From a virus (lineage: Duplodnaviria > Heunggongvirae > Uroviricota > Caudoviricetes): 7,738 nt of DNA. The position numbers and the translations under genes are program-made. The stretch lies in IMG/VR virus record IMGVR_UViG_2703718823_000003; one strand, written 5' to 3'. A model generated the notes under the pieces. The model had not been told where the DNA came from, did no database searches, and saw only the letters and a list, made by a program, of their open reading frames with translations. Shown here one piece after another: positions 1 to 6,404 of this stretch (position 1 is its first letter; every line of letters begins with the position of its first letter).

Positions 1-51
1 TGCCGCACGCACATCTGATTTTTGTCGCCCGTATTCGTCAGGGGGTGTGCC

Positions 52-372
52 ATGCCTGACATGACCAATTACCAGTACCTGATTAATCCGCATTTTAACT
101 GTGAGCATGATATTGCTAAAAAGGTTTATTCCGCTGCGGATGGGGCTACTGACAATATATCAATGGCTGTTTCGTCAATTGGTAGCCTGATGTGGTATGC
201 GTCAGAAAATAAGGAATATGACGAAAAGGCCATGCGCATTGATATGGGTAATATCGGTTTGTTACTGGCAATGCTTGGGCAGTTTGATATTTCGTTACGG
301 TGCACCATTGAAAATGCCAAAGATGCATTAAATGCTATAAAGAAAGCGAATACTGATTCAAATCGGGGATAA
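52..372 (+). CDS. hypothetical protein (106 aa from ATG 52; the ORF track begins at TTG 22)
   Basis: Open frame to TAA 370-372. ATG at 52 is preceded by AGGGGG (39-45). Next gene starts 6 nt downstream. No recognisable motif. Confidence 0.5.
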   Translation: MPDMTNYQYLINPHFNCEHDIAKKVYSAADGATDNISMAVSSIGSLMWYASENKEYDEKAMRIDMGNIGLLLAMLGQFDISLRCTIENAKDALNAIKKANTDSNRG

Positions 373-378
373 ATAATC

Positions 379-678
379 ATGAGAACATATTTATCTGGCT
401 TGACTGCCAGCGGCCCCGCTCGGCCTGAAATCCGCCCAGGAGATATTTTCAGAGATAACTACGGTGGCGTTGTTGAGATTAAAGGCGTGGCAGAACGGCG
501 CATTACCTACCGCCGTGAAGGCTACGAATATGATTGCGTGATGCCTGTTTATCAGTTCCAGCGTGATTTTTCTCTGGTACAGGCAGCGCCCCGCAGTAAA
601 CCAACCAGCAGGGAGAAAGCACTCGCCAATATTCAGGAAATAAGAAAGATGTTGAATGTATTCAGGGGTAAAAAATGA
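379..678 (+). CDS. hypothetical protein (99 aa), translationally coupled to the primase gene
   Basis: ATG 379 with GGGGA upstream. Its stop overlaps the primase start as ATGA (675-678). No recognisable motif. Confidence 0.55.
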   Translation: MRTYLSGLTASGPARPEIRPGDIFRDNYGGVVEIKGVAERRITYRREGYEYDCVMPVYQFQRDFSLVQAAPRSKPTSREKALANIQEIRKMLNVFRGKK

Positions 679-2423
679 AACTGGCACCGAACGTAAAAAA
701 ACAACCACGCGGAATAAAACACAAAGACACAGAGGTAATTATTTTCGCGGGTAGTGATGCGTGGGCACATGCAAAACAGTGGCAGGAGCAGGACGGCCCC
801 GCATCCGGCGATAATGTGCCGCCTGTGTGGCTTGGGCCAAATCAGCTTGCCGAACTTGATGCACTGAAAATTGTTCCTGATGGAAAAAAACGCGTAAGGC
901 TGTACCAGGCCGGAGAACTGGATTTGGTGGAGACCAAAAAGATTGGTCAGAAGCTGGCGGCGGCAGATATTCAGGACGCAAATTTTTACCCCGAAGGAAT
1001 GCACGTCCAGAAGTGTGAAAACTGGCGGCGCTATCTGAATGCTGAGCGTGAAAATATTGCCGCAGGGCTTACCATGCCGGAGCAGAAAAATACGCAACTG
1101 GCACAAATGGCAGACAGTGAGCGCGCGCAGCTGCTTGCCGAGCGCTTTGATGGCGTTTGTGTGCATCCGGAAAGTGAAATCGTTCACGTATGGCGCGGCG
1201 GGGTATGGTGTCCGGTCAGCACAATGGAACTTAGCCGCGAAATGGTGGCGATCTATTCAGAGCACAGGGCCACTTTCAGCAAGCGCGTAATCAATAACGC
1301 CGTGGAAGCGTTAAAAGTTATTGCCGAACCAATGGGCGAGCCGTCCGGCGATTTGTTGCCGTTCGCCAATGGTGCGCTTGACCTGAAAACGGGGGAATTT
1401 TCCCCGCACACGCCGGAGAACTGGATCACCACGCACAACGGCATTGAGTACACGCCACCAGCACCAGGGGAGAATATCTGCGACAACGCGCCAAACTTTC
1501 ATAAATGGCTTGAGCACGCAGCCGGAAAAGACCCGCGCAAGATGATGCGTATATGTGCCGCGCTGTACATGATTATGGCGAACCGGTACGACTGGCAGAT
1601 GTTTATTGAGGCCACCGGAGAGGGCGGTAGCGGTAAAAGTACATTCACGCACATAGCCAGCCTTCTGGCAGGGAAACAGAACACGGTAAGCGCTGAAATG
1701 ACCTCACTTGATGATGCTGGTGGACGTGCGCAGGTTGTCGGGAGTCGTCTTATCGTCCTGGCTGACCAGCCGAAATATACAGGCGAAGGAACGGGCATCA
1801 AGAAAATCACGGGCGGCGACCCCGTGGAAATAAACCCGAAATATGAGAAGCGTTTTACGGCGGTAATCAGGGCGGTGGTGCTGGCTACCAACAATAACCC
1901 GATGATATTCACCGAGCGGGCCGGAGGTGTGTCACGCCGTCGGGTGATTTTCCGGTTCGACAACATTGTAAGGGAGGACGAAAAAGACAAGGATTTGCCG
2001 GAGAAGGTCGCGGCTGAAATCCCCGTAATTATCCGTCGCTTGCTGGCTAATTTTGCCGACCCTGAAAAGGCACGGGCTTTATTACTGGAACAGCGCGACG
2101 GTGATGAAGCTCTGGCAATAAAGCAACAGACGGATCCGGTTATTGAGTTTTGCCAGTTCCTGAATTTTCTGGAGGAAGCACGCGGCCTGATGATGGGCGG
2201 CGGTGGCGATTCAGTGAAGTACACGACCAGAAACAGCCTTTACCGCGTCTATCTGGCGTTTATGGCATACGCAGGCAGGAGCAAACCGCTAAACGTGGCT
2301 GAGTTCAGCAAGGCCATGAAGCCAGCGGCAAAAGTTTACGGACATGAATATATTACGCGGAGAGTTAAGGGAGTAACGCAGACCAACGCAATTACAACTG
2401 ATGATTGTGACGCGTTTTTATAA
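675..2423 (+). CDS. Satellite/phage-type DNA primase-helicase replication initiator (P4-alpha / D5-like P-loop NTPase family), 582 aa
   Basis: Longest ORF in the window. Walker A motif GEGGSGKST encoded around nt 1614-1643, followed by a hydrophobic-stretch-plus-acidic Walker-B-like segment (RLIVLADQ). Size and layout resemble primase/helicase proteins of P4-like and PICI elements. An iteron array lies immediately downstream. Family assignment is from motif recognition, not a search. Confidence 0.85.
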   Translation: MKLAPNVKKQPRGIKHKDTEVIIFAGSDAWAHAKQWQEQDGPASGDNVPPVWLGPNQLAELDALKIVPDGKKRVRLYQAGELDLVETKKIGQKLAAADIQDANFYPEGMHVQKCENWRRYLNAERENIAAGLTMPEQKNTQLAQMADSERAQLLAERFDGVCVHPESEIVHVWRGGVWCPVSTMELSREMVAIYSEHRATFSKRVINNAVEALKVIAEPMGEPSGDLLPFANGALDLKTGEFSPHTPENWITTHNGIEYTPPAPGENICDNAPNFHKWLEHAAGKDPRKMMRICAALYMIMANRYDWQMFIEATGEGGSGKSTFTHIASLLAGKQNTVSAEMTSLDDAGGRAQVVGSRLIVLADQPKYTGEGTGIKKITGGDPVEINPKYEKRFTAVIRAVVLATNNNPMIFTERAGGVSRRRVIFRFDNIVREDEKDKDLPEKVAAEIPVIIRRLLANFADPEKARALLLEQRDGDEALAIKQQTDPVIEFCQFLNFLEEARGLMMGGGGDSVKYTTRNSLYRVYLAFMAYAGRSKPLNVAEFSKAMKPAAKVYGHEYITRRVKGVTQTNAITTDDCDAFL

Positions 2424-2436
2424 TTTTTTGTAAAAG

Positions 2437-2664
2437 CCCTCTACCCCATCTACCTGAATGAAATAAACGCATATTATTCAACATGATAAGTGGGTAGAGG
2501 GCTAGGTAGAAGGCTAATAAAACCTCTCTACCTCTTCTACCATGATTAAGATCGTTTGTGAGGGGCGGGTAGAGGATGGGTAGAGGGCCACGAAAGCCCT
2601 CTACCCATCTGAAAGCCGCGCCATTACTGACATGAAAGATGATTAGGTAGAGAGGTAGAGGAGG
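2437..2664. repeat. Iteron array, probable origin of replication
   Basis: About 11 copies of the core GGTAGAG(G) / (C)CTCTACC in both orientations, for example 2437-2445, 2446-2454, 2492-2501, 2504-2513, 2523-2532, 2533-2541, 2568-2576, 2579-2587, 2597-2606, 2646-2655, 2654-2661. The block 2568-2588 is an inverted copy of 2436-2454. Position directly 3' of the primase gene matches the usual pri-ori arrangement in PICI/P4-type elements. Confidence 0.7.
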
Positions 2665-2709
2665 TGCACCACAACCTAAAACTTTTTAAACACGAGGGTA
2701 AAAATAAAA

Positions 2710-2967
2710 ATGCACACATCAGGAAGATTTAACAAATCACTCAAAAAACGCAGAGACAGAACAGAACCGAAATATCGCGCGTTAGACATGACAGAGCACG
2801 CTTTAAAGGTGGCAATCAGAACGATAGACCGCCACGCGGGGGGAAGGATACGCGAAAGCACATCCCGAACTGATAAGCGCATTCATGACCACGACGGCGG
2901 CAAATTTTGCCACGCTGACAGAGCGGGAGATTGCCGAAGCGGAACAGGTAACAACCATCAACGTTAA
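2710..2967 (+). CDS. hypothetical small basic protein (85 aa), low confidence
   Basis: ATG 2710 with GAGGG about 12 nt upstream. Product is Arg/His/Asp-rich and low in complexity, with several rare codons (AGA, AGG, ATA). It fills the gap between ori and the SSB-like gene. Confidence 0.3.
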   Translation: MHTSGRFNKSLKKRRDRTEPKYRALDMTEHALKVAIRTIDRHAGGRIRESTSRTDKRIHDHDGGKFCHADRAGDCRSGTGNNHQR

Positions 2968-2985
2968 AACCGGAGAGGTGGAATC

Positions 2986-3396
2986 ATGACAGCACAGATA
3001 GCAGCTTACGGGCGGCTGGTGGACGACCCGCAGGTAAAACAGACCAGCAAGGGCACACCAATGACGCTGGCACGTATGGCGGTATCGTTGCCATGTAGTC
3101 AGGCGCAGGATGGGCAGGCGACGTTATGGCTATCGGTCATCGCATTTGGTAAGCAGGCCGACTTCCTGGCTAAACATCAAAAAGGCGACGTTGCCAGCGT
3201 ATCCGGCACGATGCAGGTCAGCCAGTGGACCGGACAGAACGGGGAAACGCGGCAGGGTTATCAGGTTATTGCAGACAGCGTAATCAGTGCCCGTGCGGCA
3301 CGTCCTGGCGGGAACAGACGCAAAACCACAGGCACACAGGGTAATCAGCCACCAGCGGGAGACGATGACCCCTACGGTGATGATATTCAGTTCTGA
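2986..3396 (+). CDS. ssb: Single-stranded DNA-binding protein (SSB family, OB fold) with a divergent acidic C-terminal tail, 136 aa
   Basis: Translation aligns by eye with E. coli SSB: an N-terminal OB-fold pattern (GRLVDDPQV.. / LWLSVIAFGKQAD.. / VSQWTGQNGETRQGYQVIADSV), a Gly/Gln/Pro-rich linker, and an acidic tail DDDPYGDDIQF (compare DFDDDIPF). Comparison is from memory. Confidence 0.8.
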   Translation: MTAQIAAYGRLVDDPQVKQTSKGTPMTLARMAVSLPCSQAQDGQATLWLSVIAFGKQADFLAKHQKGDVASVSGTMQVSQWTGQNGETRQGYQVIADSVISARAARPGGNRRKTTGTQGNQPPAGDDDPYGDDIQF

Positions 3397-3406
3397 GGGG
3401 GTGACG

Positions 3407-3679
3407 ATGGTACATGACCGCATAGCGGAGGAACTCGAGGCAAAAGGCTTTTACCGGAGGGCATCGGCGCGATGGGGTGAAGTCATGCTGCTGGTGGAGA
3501 CAGACAAGGAACGGCATCAGGTTACGATGCGACGGCTGGAATGTTCCAGGAAGGCACAGAAGCCACCGGAGCCGCCGGATAACTTCGGAGACCTGAGAAA
3601 GGCAGTAGATCGCACTTATGCTGAAATGGGTATAGATGGTGTAAGCGATGAAATATGGCGTAATTACCCAGACAGCTAA
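3407..3679 (+). CDS. hypothetical protein (90 aa from ATG 3407)
   Basis: GAGGGGG (3395-3401) sits 5 nt before ATG 3407. The track ORF starts at an upstream GTG (3287) inside the SSB gene, which is less likely. Followed by terminator hairpins. Confidence 0.6.
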   Translation: MVHDRIAEELEAKGFYRRASARWGEVMLLVETDKERHQVTMRRLECSRKAQKPPEPPDNFGDLRKAVDRTYAEMGIDGVSDEIWRNYPDS

Positions 3680-3685
3680 TCAACA

Positions 3686-3708
3686 GCCGGAGTAATCCGG
3701 CTTTTTTG
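3686..3708 (+). terminator. Rho-independent terminator
   Basis: Stem GCCGGA (3686-3691) / TCCGGC (3696-3701), loop GTAA, then a T6 run (3702-3707), immediately after the stop at 3677-3679. Confidence 0.6.
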
Positions 3709-3713
3709 TACCC

Positions 3714-3757
3714 AAAAAAAGCCCGATAAGTACAGGAGGCATCTTATCGGGCTTTTG
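3714..3757. terminator. Second hairpin, possibly a bidirectional terminator
   Basis: 10-bp stem GCCCGATAAG (3721-3730) / CTTATCGGGC (3743-3752) flanked by an A7 run upstream and TTTTG downstream. Confidence 0.45.
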
Positions 3758-3835
3758 CATATGAGGTTTTTTTTGGTGCACTGACACACATGATCGGGAT
3801 CATCATTTCATAATTTGCAACACAACTCAACATCA

Positions 3836-3863
3836 TTGCATAAAATGCAATCATGATTATAAT
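3836..3863 (+). promoter_or_regulatory. Sigma70-like promoter for the capsid operon
   Basis: -35 TTGCAT (3836-3841), 16-bp spacer, -10 TATAAT (3858-3863), about 55 nt upstream of the ATG at 3920. A dyad TTGCAT-AAA-ATGCAA (3836-3850) overlaps the -35, and the palindrome AATCATGATT (3849-3858) lies in the spacer. Confidence 0.45.
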
Positions 3864-3868
3864 CAGAT

Positions 3869-3884
3869 CTGGATGAACATCCAG
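3869..3884. promoter_or_regulatory. Candidate operator (7-bp inverted repeat) just downstream of the -10
   Basis: CTGGATG-AA-CATCCAG, with perfect 7-bp arms, sits at about the predicted transcription start. Confidence 0.3.
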
Positions 3885-3919
3885 TTATGATTTTTTAAGT
3901 CAAAGAGGAATTTCTTACT

Positions 3920-4126
3920 ATGGCTGAAGAGAAAAAAGGCGGTGTTTCGGTGTACATAAGCCCCGACATCGTGAAGGCGCTCAAGGAACGCCACCAGCAG
4001 AACGTAAAAGCAGGCATTGCGGCAGGACTTGATCCGCTGGCGATGGTTGAGCCGTCAACAGGCTGGCAGGTACGCGCCTATTTACGCGCGGCGCTGGGTA
4101 TGAATCAGGTTCACGGGGGTGAATAA
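3920..4126 (+). CDS. hypothetical protein (68 aa), first gene of the capsid operon
   Basis: AAGAGGA upstream of ATG 3920. Its stop overlaps the capsid gene start as TAATG (4124-4128). No recognisable motif. Confidence 0.6.
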   Translation: MAEEKKGGVSVYISPDIVKALKERHQQNVKAGIAAGLDPLAMVEPSTGWQVRAYLRAALGMNQVHGGE

Positions 4127-5181
4127 TGACAGTAAAAGCAATAGCACTTAACACTAACCAGCTTTTTGCGTACCTGAATCGCGAGGATATTGCGGAATTT
4201 AAATTCAGTCCGCTGTTTACCGCGCTGTTTTTCCCGAACGTGGCGACATTCAACACACAGGACATCATGTTAGATAACCTGGATATTGAAGAAGTCACTA
4301 TGTCGGCGTTTTGTTCGCCTATGGTGGGTAGCCAGGTTCAGCGCGATAAAGGGTACGAAACAAGCATTATTCGCCCTGGCTACATGAAGCCAAAACACGA
4401 AATCGATCCATTAAAAACAATAATGCGCATGGCTGGAGAAGATCCAGCACAGCTTAACGACCCTACCTACCGCCGTATGCGCCTGATTACTGGCAACATG
4501 CGCCGCCAGATAAACGCCATTAAAGCGCGCGTGGAATGGCTGGCGGTAAATGCGGTAACGACCGGAAAAAACATCATTGAGGGCGAAGGCATAGAGCGCT
4601 ATGAAATCGACTGGAAGATACCGGAAAAAAACATCATAGAGCAGGCCGACGGTAAAAAATGGTCCGAGCAGGATAAAGACATACACGATCCAATCTATGA
4701 CATTGAGCTATACGCAGATCAGGCAGGTTGCCCCGCCAACGTCATGATTATGGGCGTTGATGTATGGCGCATGTTACGCAGCTTTAAAAAATTCCGTGAG
4801 CTGTACGATCTTTCCCGTGGTTCAGAATCCGCCGCAGAGCTGGCATGTAAAAACCTGGGCGAAGTGGTGAGCTTTAAGGGCTATCTTGGTGATCTGGCCC
4901 TTATCGTCTATTCCGGCAAATACACTGACAGCGACGGTACCGAAAAATATTTCCTTGAGCCTGATTTGCTGGTCCTGGGCAACACCAACAATAAAGGGCT
5001 GGTGGCCTATGGTGCGATTATGGAACAGGAAGCGGTCAGAACTGGCGCAACGCAAAACATGTACTACCCGAAAAACTGGATTGAGGACGGCGATCCGGCG
5101 ATTGAGTACGTGCAGACACACAGCGCACCGCAGCCGGTACCGGCAGATATTCGCAAATTTGTTACCGTCAAAATTGGTTAA
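4126..5181 (+). CDS. Major capsid protein, lambda gpE-like family, 351 aa
   Basis: Translation shares multiple collinear blocks with lambda gpE as recalled: EFKFSPLF..LFF (lambda KFKFDPLF..LFF), PGYMKPKHEI (PGYVKPKHEV), DPTYRRMRLI (DPAYRRRRII), WSEQDKDIHDP.YDIELYA (WSKRDKSTYDP.DDIEAYA), VSFKGYLGDLALIVYSGKY (VSYKGMYGDVAIVVYSGQY), VLGNT..GL.AYG (VLGNT..GL.TYG), YPKNW...GDPA (YPKNW..TGDPA). Length is close to lambda gpE (341 aa). Confidence 0.9.
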   Translation: MTVKAIALNTNQLFAYLNREDIAEFKFSPLFTALFFPNVATFNTQDIMLDNLDIEEVTMSAFCSPMVGSQVQRDKGYETSIIRPGYMKPKHEIDPLKTIMRMAGEDPAQLNDPTYRRMRLITGNMRRQINAIKARVEWLAVNAVTTGKNIIEGEGIERYEIDWKIPEKNIIEQADGKKWSEQDKDIHDPIYDIELYADQAGCPANVMIMGVDVWRMLRSFKKFRELYDLSRGSESAAELACKNLGEVVSFKGYLGDLALIVYSGKYTDSDGTEKYFLEPDLLVLGNTNNKGLVAYGAIMEQEAVRTGATQNMYYPKNWIEDGDPAIEYVQTHSAPQPVPADIRKFVTVKIG

Positions 5182-5192
5182 CGGGGGATTCT

Positions 5193-5528
5193 ATGAACAC
5201 TCCATACGTTGAGTTATTTGCAGGCAGTCAGCAGGTATCAACGACGCTGGTACATTTTGCCGCTGATGCTGGCGTTATTCAGGAATTTACCCCGCTGATG
5301 CTGGCGGACAATGGCGAGTTTAAGCCGTGGGATGGTCAGGAATCTGGCAAGGCTGTTTATCTGACTTCGTATCCTGTGGACACGTCAAAGCAGAAATCAG
5401 CACAGTGTTACAAGACGGGGATATTCAATATTGCCGCCGTTAACTGGCCTGAGAGCGTCGACACCGATGCGAAAAAATGCGCCGCCTTTGCGGGTTCCGG
5501 CGTATCAGTTCAGCCGCTGGCCCGATAA
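5193..5528 (+). CDS. Head decoration protein, lambda gpD-like family, 111 aa
   Basis: Blocks shared with lambda gpD as recalled: TPLML, WDG, YKTGIF (YKSGTF), WPE, KK.AAFAGSG (KKRTAFAGT). Length matches gpD (110 aa). GGGGGA RBS 4 nt before the ATG. Confidence 0.85.
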   Translation: MNTPYVELFAGSQQVSTTLVHFAADAGVIQEFTPLMLADNGEFKPWDGQESGKAVYLTSYPVDTSKQKSAQCYKTGIFNIAAVNWPESVDTDAKKCAAFAGSGVSVQPLAR

Positions 5529-5540
5529 GCAGGGGGAACG

Positions 5541-5954
5541 ATGGCAACGAATGAAAGCATCATGGCGCTACCGCTGGCGAGTAAATTTAAAGAAGAAGCG
5601 CGGGCAATGGCTGACAGAGGTTTATCAACATACGAGGCCGTATATCAACTCAACAAACTGGAAGAGCAGGACAAGCCGCGCGCTGATGCGATTATGGCGC
5701 TTCATGAGCATAAAGACTATCAGCCGCTGTTACGTGCAATGGCAAACGTGCCATGTATTAGCGTCGATAATGCTCGTGAAATCCTGAACATGACCATAGA
5801 GCAGGAGCGCCCAAAGGTTGCACCAGAGCTTACCGCAGCCTTTGAAAACTTTATGGACATGCACAGCCCGCAAGCCGTATCAGCTGGCATGGCATACGAT
5901 GGCAGAAACCAGGGCGATGACGGCGACATCGATCGCATACTGAAAACCATCTGA
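5541..5954 (+). CDS. hypothetical protein (137 aa), last gene of the capsid operon, directly upstream of cos
   Basis: AGGGGGA RBS before ATG 5541. Acidic C-terminus. No motif recognised. Followed by a hairpin and T-run. Confidence 0.65.
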   Translation: MATNESIMALPLASKFKEEARAMADRGLSTYEAVYQLNKLEEQDKPRADAIMALHEHKDYQPLLRAMANVPCISVDNAREILNMTIEQERPKVAPELTAAFENFMDMHSPQAVSAGMAYDGRNQGDDGDIDRILKTI

Positions 5955-5960
5955 GACAAG

Positions 5961-5983
5961 GCCGGAGAAATCCGGCTTTTTTT
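5961..5983 (+). terminator. Rho-independent terminator overlapping the cosQ-side flank
   Basis: Stem GCCGGA (5961-5966) / TCCGGC (5971-5976), loop GAAA, T7 run (5977-5983). The hairpin is nearly identical to the one at 3686-3708. Confidence 0.5.
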
Positions 5984-6211
5984 ACGGGTCCTTTCCGGCA
6001 TATGGACCCGTTACGGGGCGGCGACCTCGCGGTTTTTCGCTATTTATGAGATTTTTTGAGGGGGTGGTTGTTGTTTAATTGTTTGGTATATCTAATTGAT
6101 AAGTAAGGTAAAAATAAAATAAATACAACAACCTTACGATGTATTTTGATGTCATTAATGTGAAAAAATTCAATGATATCAAATGGTTTTGTAAAAACAC
6201 ATGGTTGTTGT
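5984..6211 (+). other. cos site 1 (lambda-type cosQ-flank, cosN, cosB-like region), + orientation
   Basis: TTTACGGGTCCTTTCCGG...GTTACG | GGGCGGCGACCT | CGCGG matches the lambda right-end/cosN/left-end junction as recalled; the 12-nt cohesive-end sequence GGGCGGCGACCT is at 6016-6027. Downstream there are three copies of GGTTGTTGT (6066-6074 direct, 6125-6133 inverted, 6203-6211 direct), spaced like lambda cosB R3/R2/R1. Confidence 0.7.
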
Positions 6212-6404
6212 ATCGCGTATTTGATGGCGTAACAGAAAGTGATTTTTAACTTTACCGCTCTGTAACTACGGATTATTCCATGCTGGCACGGAGAACGGCT
6301 ACGGCATGACGCCACCCAGCCTATACAGAACAGTAAAGCCGATAAATTGTTAATCACGCGCAGCAATGCGTGTGATTTTTGCACACTTCCGGTTAACTGG
6401 TACG

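Noticed and set aside
22-51. TTG start at 22 for the first ORF
   Set aside because: The ATG at 52 has a well-placed AGGGGG RBS. The TTG start has none.
633-2224. Minus-strand ORFs inside the primase gene (633-1187, 739-981, 1253-1486, 1311-1652, 1499-2224) and the plus-strand ORF 1039-1290
   Set aside because: They lie entirely within the long, motif-supported primase reading frame, with no RBS context. They are most likely antisense or out-of-frame shadows.
2437-2664. CRISPR array as an explanation for the GGTAGAG repeats
   Set aside because: Repeat units are only 7-9 bp, occur in both orientations with irregular spacing, and have no spacer-like unique blocks. The position after a primase fits an iteron ori.
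3130-3517. Minus-strand ORFs 3130-3423 and 3284-3517, and the plus-strand start at GTG 3287
   Set aside because: They overlap the SSB-like gene and the 90-aa gene, which have good RBS and homology or coupling support.
3981-5212. ORFs overlapping the capsid gene (3981-4298 -, 4411-4686 -, 4822-5121 -, 4886-5212 +) and 5431-5787 (+), 5720-6001 (-)
   Set aside because: They lie inside or across the gpE-like, gpD-like and 137-aa genes, which are supported by homology or RBS and coupling. These are shadow frames.
6040-6384. Minus-strand ORF of 114 aa
   Set aside because: It lies in the AT-rich cosB-like region, has no RBS, and its composition is driven by AT-rich non-coding sequence.
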